Shown here: piece by piece, positions 56,710 to 64,000 of the stretch
Layout: every line of letters starts with the position of its first letter
Position numbering within the stretch: the stretch's first letter is position 1
Assembly: GCA_965116905.1 (NCBI GenBank)
Contig: OZ220732.1
Coordinates: 1,984,001 to 2,048,000 of the forward strand
DNA from: Longimicrobiales bacterium
Lineage (GTDB): Bacteria > Gemmatimonadota > Gemmatimonadetes > Longimicrobiales > Gaopeijiaceae
Direction: 5' to 3'
Length of the DNA: 64,000 bases
Translations under genes and position numbers: made by a program
The notes under the pieces: generated by a model
Told to the model about the DNA's origin: nothing
Database searches by the model: none
The model's input: only the letters and a program-made list of their open reading frames with translations

Positions 56710-58572
56710 CTACCGGATCCCGAACGCCAGCAGCAGATTCCCGGGCATCTGGTTGAATGTCCCGTATCCACTGTTCACGAAGAGCATCCCGCCGGCAACC
56801 ACCGGCCCCGGCCCGTCGATCGCGCCGCCCCGCGCGGGCACTCCGTTGGAGGACGCCAGCACTTCCGTGGTGTCGAATTCCCAAACGACCGTCCCGTCCA
56901 TGGTGGAATGGGCGCGAATGATGCCGTCGAGACCGCCGGCAAACACGACGCCGTCGATCGCGGTGACCGCGGCCGAGATGGCCGCGTAGCATCGTTCCTT
57001 GCCCTCGCAGCCGCTCTCGGGAGCCGGCGCGCTCCACACGACCTCGCCGGTCATCAGATCGAGCGCATACAGCCCCGGGGCGCGGTCATGCTCGGGGTTC
57101 ACGTCCGTGATCACGGCGGTCCGGTCGGCGTTCGGCGCGTACGCGAGCCTGCCGTCGGTGGCCATTCCCCAGTGGATCCCGCCCAGCATGCTCCCCTTTC
57201 CCACCTGGGTCGACCAGAGGATCGCGCCCTCGGCATCGGGATCCAGCGCCCACACGGTCCCGGACTTCTGACCGGCGACCAGGATCTCGCGGCCATCGGG
57301 TCGCGCAACCAGCATCGGGGCCATGCCGAAGTCGAGGTCCGGCCCGACGGGATCGGGGCAGTTCTCGCGGAACCGCATCTGCGTACAGGCCATGTTGAAG
57401 GCGTCGTCGGACGTCGCCTGGAAGGACCACGCGAGTTCGCCGGTTTCCATGTCGAGCGCGACGACCGCGTCGCTGCGTTCGGTGGTCGGGCGGTTGAGGT
57501 TCTCGCCTGTTCCCGCGTAGACGCGTCCGCGGCGGGGATCCACGGTCGGACTGGACCAGACGGCCGCACCCGAGGGTGCCCACTGTGGCGTGCCCACGGC
57601 ATTGGGCTCGATCGCCTCCGGGTAGCCCGGGATGATCCGGTGATACCACAGCGTCTCTCCGGTGAAGGCGTCCAGGGCAGCCACCGCTCCCGACGATGTG
57701 CAGCACTCGTAGCCGGGGTCGCCGGCCAGGACGACTTCCAGGGAGGAGATGGGGACGAAGAGGCGTCCGTCGTGCAGGGCGGGGGTGCCGGTCCCGTAGG
57801 ACGCCGGGTGCCAGCCCGCGCGGGACTTCCAGAGCAGAGTGCCGCTCTCTACGTCCAGCGCGTAGACATTCGTGCGCGAGTCCATGAACCAGGCGGCGGA
57901 CCTTCTTTCGGGGCCCTCGCCCACGAGGACCGCGCCGCGCACTCCGGCGTCCGCCTCGAACCTCCAGCGGATGCACCCGGTCTCGGCGTCCAGCGCCAGG
58001 ACGTCGCCGAAGGGGCCGCCCACGATCACATGGCCATCTGCGACGGTCGGCGATGTGCGAACCTGGCCCGCGTCGGGAAACGCGAACGCCCAGCGCAACT
58101 CCAGGCCGGGCACGTCCGCCGAGTCGAGTGCCGCATCGGGCGGGGGCTGGAAGCCCGTTCCGGCCAGGTCGCCGCCAAAGCCCATCCACGAAACGGTCCC
58201 GACATCGAGCGGAAACCAGCCCGCGTCCGTGCAGAACGCCGACTCGGGGAAGCTCTCCTCCGCGTGGGCCCGGCCGGCCAGGTATTCCGCGACCCGGATC
58301 CGCTGTTCCGGGGACAGGAGCGCGCCCTCCGCGCGCATGACGCCGTCTTCCAGGGAGGCCACGATGGCGCGCGGAGACAGCTGGTTGAGAAGCCCGGTGC
58401 CTGGCGTGCGCTCGTCCCCGGCCGACGTGTGGCAGCTGGCGCACTCCTCCGCGAAGACGCGCGCGCCCTCCCCCTGTTCCCGATCTCCGGGGTCCTGCGC
58501 GGAGGAGGGCCCGGGGACCATCGACGCGACGAGGCTTGCCGCCAACACGGCCACCGTGCAGACGCTCTTCAT
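56710..58572 (-). CDS. Cytochrome c-PQQ dehydrogenase (polyvinyl-alcohol dehydrogenase-like)
   Basis: N-terminal CASCH, LRWAFAF, YECCT, GAAVWSSP, GPDLDFG, AGQKSG, GGIHWG, MPGNLLLAF. Confidence 0.88.
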   Translation of the reverse strand: MKSVCTVAVLAASLVASMVPGPSSAQDPGDREQGEGARVFAEECASCHTSAGDERTPGTGLLNQLSPRAIVASLEDGVMRAEGALLSPEQRIRVAEYLAGRAHAEESFPESAFCTDAGWFPLDVGTVSWMGFGGDLAGTGFQPPPDAALDSADVPGLELRWAFAFPDAGQVRTSPTVADGHVIVGGPFGDVLALDAETGCIRWRFEADAGVRGAVLVGEGPERRSAAWFMDSRTNVYALDVESGTLLWKSRAGWHPASYGTGTPALHDGRLFVPISSLEVVLAGDPGYECCTSSGAVAALDAFTGETLWYHRIIPGYPEAIEPNAVGTPQWAPSGAAVWSSPTVDPRRGRVYAGTGENLNRPTTERSDAVVALDMETGELAWSFQATSDDAFNMACTQMRFRENCPDPVGPDLDFGMAPMLVARPDGREILVAGQKSGTVWALDPDAEGAILWSTQVGKGSMLGGIHWGMATDGRLAYAPNADRTAVITDVNPEHDRAPGLYALDLMTGEVVWSAPAPESGCEGKERCYAAISAAVTAIDGVVFAGGLDGIIRAHSTMDGTVVWEFDTTEVLASSNGVPARGGAIDGPGPVVAGGMLFVNSGYGTFNQMPGNLLLAFGIR

Positions 58573-58609
58573 GGATTCACGCTCCGCTGAACAATGCTGA
58601 CAAAGCGAA

Positions 58610-58652
58610 AGCCCCCGGGAGGTCCGGTGCTATCCGGAACATCCCGGGGGCT
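58610..58652 (-). terminator. GC-rich hairpin, possible terminator/attenuator on the minus strand
   Basis: agcccccggga/tcccgggggct 11-bp stem with inner tccgg/ccgga, followed by ttcgcttt on the minus strand. Confidence 0.6.
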
Positions 58653-58717
58653 CTTAACCGGCCGCAACCCGGCGCGAACACCGCCTACGGCGCGAACAGT
58701 TGGATCGTTGTTTCGGC

Positions 58718-58780
58718 TTAGTTGCCGAAGCGGCGACCGCTTGCCCTTGCCGGGTTGGGCTGGGTACTTGGACTAGACAA
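58718..58780 (-). CDS. Putative 20-aa small ORF
   Basis: aaaggaggtg RBS, then TTG: MSSPSTQPNPARASGRRFGN*. Confidence 0.4.
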   Translation of the reverse strand: MSSPSTQPNPARASGRRFGN

Positions 58781-58921
58781 GAGACCACCTCCTTTTTTCG
58801 GGTTCGACATCGGGCGGGATTCTACATCCTGCTCGAAACCGTGTCGCCGACCACCGGCGACCCGGCATTGGCCTTGTGGGCCATGCCTAATGTATACTCG
58901 GCTGTATCCGGGAATCAAGCC

Positions 58922-61438
58922 GTGAGGCCAGCCACCGTGCACCGACACTCTTTCCGCCGGGCCGGCGCCGCCCTCCAGCGAGCCGGCGCCACCATCCGCC
59001 GGGCTGGTGCCGCCCTCCGCCGGGCTGGTGCCGTCGCCGCCGCGGCCACCGCGACCGCATGTTCAGGGTCCGGCCAGGCCGGACCCGCCGATCTGATCCT
59101 GGCGGGCGGCCCCGTGATTACGCTGGACGGCGAGAGCCGGGTGGCCGAGGCGGTCGCCGTTCGCGGTGATCGGGTGGTCGCCGTGGGCGCAATTGCGGAG
59201 ATCGAGGCCATGGCGGGCCCGGGCACGGATCGCGTCGATCTGGCGGGCCGTGCGGTCACCCCGGGCCTGATGGACGCGCACGTCCACTTCGCGAGTGGCG
59301 GGGCGAGCCGGCTCTATCGTCTCGACCTGAGCTACCCGAACGTCGAGAACATCGGTGACGTGCAGCGCCTGGTGGCCGGTCAGGCGGAGCGTCTGGGCGA
59401 AGGTGAATGGGTGCGGGGTGGCGGCTGGGATGAGGGCAAGCTGGAGGAGCTGCGCTACATCTACGCGTCCGACCTCGACGCCGTTGCCGCTGAGCGCCCG
59501 GTCTGGCTGTCCCACACGATGGGCCACTACGGCGTTGCCAATTCCCTCGCTCTGGAGTTGGCGGGGATCACGGCCGGCACGCCCGATCCGCCGGGCGGGA
59601 CGATCGACCGCGACACCGCCGGAAACCCCACGGGAGTCCTCAAGGAGTCGGCGCAGGGTCTGGTGTCGCGCCTCATCCCCGGTCTCGGCCCTGAGCAGCA
59701 GCGAGAGGGCATCCGCTCGCTTGCCGACGCCTTCAACGCCGAATGCATGACCGGAGGGAAGGACCCGGGCATTGGATCCGGCACCTGGGAAGCCTACCGC
59801 GACGTTCTCGCCGACGGGGATCTCAGCGTGCGGATCTTCGCTCTCTGGCGGGGTCGCAACGGCACGATCGACGAGGTGCGCGCCTATGCGGACAGCCTCG
59901 CGGCCTTCACGCGGCCGTACGAGTCGACCGGCGACGACCGCCTGATCGCCGGCGGCGTGAAGCTCTACATCGATGGCAGCGGCGGGGCCCGCACGGCGTG
60001 GCTGTACGACGACTGGAACCGCGAGCACACCGACACCGACACCGGCAACCGCGGCTATCCCACCATGGATCCGGACGAGCTCCGGCGGCGCTTCCGGGCG
60101 TATCACGACGCCGGACTGCACGTCAGCATCCATTCCATCGGCGACCGCGGCATCGACTGGACCGTCGACAGCTTCGTGGAGGCGCTCGAAGCGACCCCCA
60201 CGCGAGGGCTCCGGCACGGCATCATACACGCCAACATCCCCACCGATCGCGCACTGGACCTCATGGCCGAACTCCAGCGGGACTGGGAGACGGCCTATCC
60301 CGAGCCGTCCCCTTCGTTCACCTGGTGGATCGGCGACACATACGCGGGCAACTTCGGCCCCGAGCGGGCGCTGCGTCTGAACCCCTTCCGCTCATACCAG
60401 GAGCGCGGGATGATCTGGGCGAGCGGGTCGGACTACTTCGTGACGCCCTTTCCGGCGCGGTACGGCGTTTGGGCCTCGGTCGCCCGCCAGCCGTTGCTCG
60501 GCGTGTACGGTCAGCAGCCCTACGGCACGGCCGAGTCGGTCGACGCCGAGACCGCGCTGCGCTCGTTCACGACCTGGGTCGCGCACCAGATGTTCCTGGA
60601 GGACGAGGTGGGGACGATCGAGCCCGGCAAGTACGCCGATCTGGCGGTGTGGGACCGAAACCCCCTCACGGTTCCCACGGACGAACTGCGCGACATGGCC
60701 TGCGAGATGACGGTGTTCGACGGGGAAGTGGTGTACGAGCGGGAAGTGGCGCCGGAGCGAGAAGAAGCGCCGGAGCGGGAAGAAGCGCCGGAGCGGGAAG
60801 AGGCGCCCGAGCAGGAAGAGGTGCCCGAGCAGGATCCAGAGGACAATGGCGCGCCGGCGGCTGAGCCGGACCCCGCGGTGGCGCGGGCCCGCCCACCACA
60901 GGCGATTCCGGTCGAACCCTCGGCGGCTCCGGCCGACCCTTCGGCGGCTCACGCGTCGTCCTCCGTGCAGCGCCAAAGAAGCCTCCTCCTCTGGGGCCGG
61001 GCGGGCCCGGACCGCGTACGGCTGGATCCCGCGGTCGTCCTGCTCTCCGCGCCGTCGATGCCCGAGTCGCCCGGGCCCTACAGGATCGAGGGCCGCGGAC
61101 CCGATGGCCAGGAGCACTTTTCGTTTGCCTTCGTCCCCGCCACCGAGGCCGAGACCGGTCAGGGGCACTTCGTCTTCATGCTGCCGGTGGATCCGGCCTG
61201 GGCTGGTTCGCTGGCCCGTATCATGCTTTCGGGGCCCGCCGGCTCGGACGCCCTCGACGCCGCCACGGATCAGCCCATCGCGGTGATCAGCGACCCGGAG
61301 ACGGGGCGGATCCGGGCGATTCTGAGAGGCGAGGATGCGCTCGAGGGATCCGAGGCGCGCGGGCGACTGGCTGCGGGCGCTGTCGTTTCGTTCAGCCGCG
61401 GCCTGCCCGATGCCGCGGCGCTGCGGGGAGGGAAGTGA
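58922..61438 (+). CDS. Amidohydrolase-3 (YtcJ-like) lipoprotein with extra C-terminal domain (start uncertain)
   Basis: ATAC lipobox, PGLMDAHVH, KLYIDGS, HSIGDRG, GSD, GTIEPGKYADL; repeat linker then ~150-aa domain. Confidence 0.88.
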   Translation: MRPATVHRHSFRRAGAALQRAGATIRRAGAALRRAGAVAAAATATACSGSGQAGPADLILAGGPVITLDGESRVAEAVAVRGDRVVAVGAIAEIEAMAGPGTDRVDLAGRAVTPGLMDAHVHFASGGASRLYRLDLSYPNVENIGDVQRLVAGQAERLGEGEWVRGGGWDEGKLEELRYIYASDLDAVAAERPVWLSHTMGHYGVANSLALELAGITAGTPDPPGGTIDRDTAGNPTGVLKESAQGLVSRLIPGLGPEQQREGIRSLADAFNAECMTGGKDPGIGSGTWEAYRDVLADGDLSVRIFALWRGRNGTIDEVRAYADSLAAFTRPYESTGDDRLIAGGVKLYIDGSGGARTAWLYDDWNREHTDTDTGNRGYPTMDPDELRRRFRAYHDAGLHVSIHSIGDRGIDWTVDSFVEALEATPTRGLRHGIIHANIPTDRALDLMAELQRDWETAYPEPSPSFTWWIGDTYAGNFGPERALRLNPFRSYQERGMIWASGSDYFVTPFPARYGVWASVARQPLLGVYGQQPYGTAESVDAETALRSFTTWVAHQMFLEDEVGTIEPGKYADLAVWDRNPLTVPTDELRDMACEMTVFDGEVVYEREVAPEREEAPEREEAPEREEAPEQEEVPEQDPEDNGAPAAEPDPAVARARPPQAIPVEPSAAPADPSAAHASSSVQRQRSLLLWGRAGPDRVRLDPAVVLLSAPSMPESPGPYRIEGRGPDGQEHFSFAFVPATEAETGQGHFVFMLPVDPAWAGSLARIMLSGPAGSDALDAATDQPIAVISDPETGRIRAILRGEDALEGSEARGRLAAGAVVSFSRGLPDAAALRGGK

Positions 61439-61449
61439 CCTGGGGGGGC

Positions 61450-62136
61450 TCAAGCCGCCCGGTACGCCCTCCGGAACACCAGTGCGCTGACCAACACCGC
61501 GATCGCGATCCACACGACTCCCCAGGTCATCGTGGGGATCCCGGTCATCTCGGCCAGCATTGCGGCATCGGAACGCAGGTGGGGCCGGTCGATCACGTCG
61601 CTCTTGATGTCGAGGATCGCGTACAGGCAGCTGGTCAGGCCCAGCGCCGTGAGGACCACGCGGCTGGCGGCCGGACCTAGCTTGCGTCCGGCGATCACCA
61701 GCGCCGTGCCGAAGCCCAGGCCGAAGAGGAGCCCGAAGCCGTTGCGGACATAGAGGGCGGTGAGTCCCACGACCATCACGCCCACGGCAAGGATCAGGAA
61801 GCGGTTGGGGATCCGTTTCGCGCCCGCGGCCGAGAGCAGGAGCACTCCCCAAAGCAGGCTGCCGAGGTATCCGGCGGACAGCGTGATGAACGCGTTGCCG
61901 CCCCCGCAGTAGCACGCCCCGCCCTCGGCCGGGTCGAGGACGATGCGCTCGATCGTTCCACCGGTCGCCACCGACGCAATCCCGTGGCTGATTTCGTGCA
62001 GCATGACCACGAAGATCTTGAGGGGATAGACCACGGGTGTGTCCCACAGGAACCAGACGGCGGTGAAGTAGATCGCGAAGCCGCCGAGGAACACCAGCTT
62101 GCGCCGGGCCGTGGAGGGTTGCGGAGCTTGAGTCAT
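61450..62136 (-). CDS. M50B-like intramembrane metallopeptidase
   Basis: HEISH, AGYLG, SDA; multi-TM. Confidence 0.85.
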   Translation of the reverse strand: MTQAPQPSTARRKLVFLGGFAIYFTAVWFLWDTPVVYPLKIFVVMLHEISHGIASVATGGTIERIVLDPAEGGACYCGGGNAFITLSAGYLGSLLWGVLLLSAAGAKRIPNRFLILAVGVMVVGLTALYVRNGFGLLFGLGFGTALVIAGRKLGPAASRVVLTALGLTSCLYAILDIKSDVIDRPHLRSDAAMLAEMTGIPTMTWGVVWIAIAVLVSALVFRRAYRAA

Positions 62137-62328
62137 GACCGGGATTCCAGTTTTTCCGAATGAAGAGGAGCGGGCCCGACCGCCGGGCTTGACCTTACAC
62201 TACGTGCCCGGGCCCGCACCTGTTCCGACGAGTCACGGGCGGGATCGGGTTGCCGGCAGCCATTGGCTCGCCCACGTGCCTTGGGTAGCTTGAGTCGCCA
62301 CGGCGAAGAAGTCCACCGGGAGGGTCCT

Positions 62329-62853
62329 GTGAAGAAGAGCGCGTCCGCAGTGGTCATGGTGCTGGGAATGGCCGCCTGTGAAGTGCCCGAGTACAAGCTC
62401 CTGGAGGTCGGGGATCCCGCGCCCGCCTTCGCGGCGACGACGCTGGACGGGGCCGAAGTGGGCATCGAGGACCTCACCGGCGATCCGTTCATGCTCAATA
62501 TCTGGGCCACATGGTGCGCCCCCTGCCGCGAGGAGATGCCCGAGCTGCAGGAACTTCACGACACCTACGCCGGCCAGGGGTTCCAGGTGGTGGGCGTGAG
62601 CGTGGACGACCGGGGCTCGCTCGGCACCATCGAGGCGTTCATCGCCGAAATCGGGATCGACTTCCCGATCTATCACGATCCCTCGTGGGAGATCGTGGAC
62701 TCCTATTCCCTTCTGGGACTGCCGGGGACGTTCCTCATGGACGGCGAGGGCACGGTCGTGCGGAAGTGGATGGGCCCCTTCCGGCCGATGGAGGAGGATG
62801 TGCAGGAGGACGTGCGGGAGCTGCTGGCCGCCGCCGGGGCCGCGCAGCCCTGA
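62329..62853 (+). CDS. TlpA/ResA thiol-disulfide reductase lipoprotein
   Basis: MAAC lipobox, NIWATWCAPCREEMP, GLPGTF. Confidence 0.92.
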   Translation: MKKSASAVVMVLGMAACEVPEYKLLEVGDPAPAFAATTLDGAEVGIEDLTGDPFMLNIWATWCAPCREEMPELQELHDTYAGQGFQVVGVSVDDRGSLGTIEAFIAEIGIDFPIYHDPSWEIVDSYSLLGLPGTFLMDGEGTVVRKWMGPFRPMEEDVQEDVRELLAAAGAAQP

Positions 62854-62874
62854 CGTGGTGCGGCTGGCCCACCT

Positions 62875-64000
62875 GTGAGGTCCGAGGGACAGCGGGAGGC
62901 CGGACCCGCCGCTGACGCCGCCGCAGGTTCCGCCGGGCCCACGCAACAACACGGGCCGAAGGTCGTCGCGGGGCTGAGCCGCGACCTCGGGCTCGTTTCT
63001 GCGCTCGCCATCGGGACGGGCACGATGATCGCCGCGGGGATCTTCACCCTGTCCGGTCTGGCCGTCGGCTACGTCGGCAGCGCGGCCATCGTCGCCTTCC
63101 TGCTCGCCGCCCTGGTCGCGGCCTTCACGGCGCTGACGTACTGCGAGTTCACCTCCATCTACCCCTTCTCGGGCGAGGGCTACCTCTACGCGCGCAAGAC
63201 GTTCCCCCCGCTGCTCGCGTACCTGGTCGGCTGGTGCCTCCTGCTCGGCTACACGTCGTCGTGCGCGTTCTACATCGCCAGCCTGTCCAGCTACTTCAAC
63301 GAGTTCATCTGGCACTTCGCGATCTCGGCGCTTCCCGGGATCATCTTCCTGGCCGCCCTCACGGCGCTCAACGTCAAGGGCACCAAGGAGAGCGGCACCT
63401 TCCAGATCGTGGTCACGGCGGCCAAGATCGTGCTGCTCGTGTGGTTCATCGTCGGGGGACTAGGTGGGCTGGACACGGGCGTGATTGCGGATCGCTTCAT
63501 CGGCGACATTCCGCTGATCGCGTCCACGGCGGCGCTCGTCTTCATCACCTTCTTCGGGTTTTCGGCCATCGCGGCCTCGGCGGGCGAGGTCATCAACCCC
63601 ACGAAGACGATCCCGCGCGCCATCTTCATCTCGATGATCGTGGTGACGGTGCTGTACGCGCTGGTCGTGCTGGTCGTAGTGGTGGCGGACCTGACCGAGT
63701 ACACGGAAGCGGCGATGGGTGTGGCCGCGAGGGCCTTCCTGGGACCGATCGGCGGCATGGTGATCGTAGGCGGCGCGCTCTTCTCGATGATTTCCGCCTC
63801 GAACGCGTCGATCCTGGCGGGTTCGCGCGTGGCGCTCTCCATGAGCCAACTGCGCCACCTCCCGCGCGTCTTCGGCCGGATCAGCGCTCGCTCGCACACC
63901 CCGGTCGTGGCGCTGGTGGCCGTGGGCGGCGCCATCGGCATCTTCGCGCTGCTGCTGCCGCTGGAATCGCTGGCCCACTTCGCCAACCTCGTCCTGCTCC
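62875..64000 (+). CDS. APC-family amino acid permease (runs off window end)
   Basis: LSRDLGLVSALAIGTGTMIAAGIFTLSG, GEGYLYA, FFGFSAI, EVINPTKTIPRAI; not in the ORF track because no stop lies in the window. Confidence 0.92.
   Translation, partial: MRSEGQREAGPAADAAAGSAGPTQQHGPKVVAGLSRDLGLVSALAIGTGTMIAAGIFTLSGLAVGYVGSAAIVAFLLAALVAAFTALTYCEFTSIYPFSGEGYLYARKTFPPLLAYLVGWCLLLGYTSSCAFYIASLSSYFNEFIWHFAISALPGIIFLAALTALNVKGTKESGTFQIVVTAAKIVLLVWFIVGGLGGLDTGVIADRFIGDIPLIASTAALVFITFFGFSAIAASAGEVINPTKTIPRAIFISMIVVTVLYALVVLVVVVADLTEYTEAAMGVAARAFLGPIGGMVIVGGALFSMISASNASILAGSRVALSMSQLRHLPRVFGRISARSHTPVVALVAVGGAIGIFALLLPLESLAHFANLVLL

Noticed and set aside
56710..58572. Polyvinyl alcohol degradation pathway
   Set aside because: Family resemblance only; no oxidised-PVA hydrolase was recognised and the substrate is unknown
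58781..58797. Match to the 16S rRNA 3' end (cacctccttt)
   Set aside because: There is no flanking rRNA sequence; it is better explained as an RBS on the minus strand

Overview
High-GC bacterial chromosomal window. The gene order and protein style suggest Gemmatimonadota, which is an inference only. There are three zones. (1) An accessory zone (1-13.5 kb) holds two VapC toxin-antitoxin pairs, one with a chimeric HicB/Phd antitoxin. It also has an acetamidase lipoprotein, a direct-repeat-flanked Fur + CzcO-like cassette ending in a 108-nt hairpin, and a sugar ABC importer with a GH63/MGH1-like hydrolase. (2) A housekeeping core (13.6-48 kb) runs rel, uvrB, tsaE, tsaB, rimI, tol-pal, nrdR, tatC, lptD-like, ftcD, prenyl synthase, tatA, PPIase, aroQ, efp, accBC, comB, ftsK, lolA, rimO, lnt, greA. 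(3) A second accessory zone (48-64 kb) holds the best candidate for an uncharacterised system, a cluster of exported redox proteins. It comprises a PQQ dehydrogenase fused to a serine hydrolase, a class II cytochrome c lipoprotein, two DUF6644-like membrane proteins, a DUF6152-like His-His protein, two paralogous secreted proteins and a cytochrome c-PQQ dehydrogenase. An Rpn nuclease gene with a likely internal antitoxin start interrupts the cluster, and a strong-RBS small ORF plus hairpin precedes its left-reading arm. Short tandem duplications, mostly 18 nt, recur throughout. No rRNA, tRNA or CRISPR array was seen. All family assignments come from motif recognition, not database searches.
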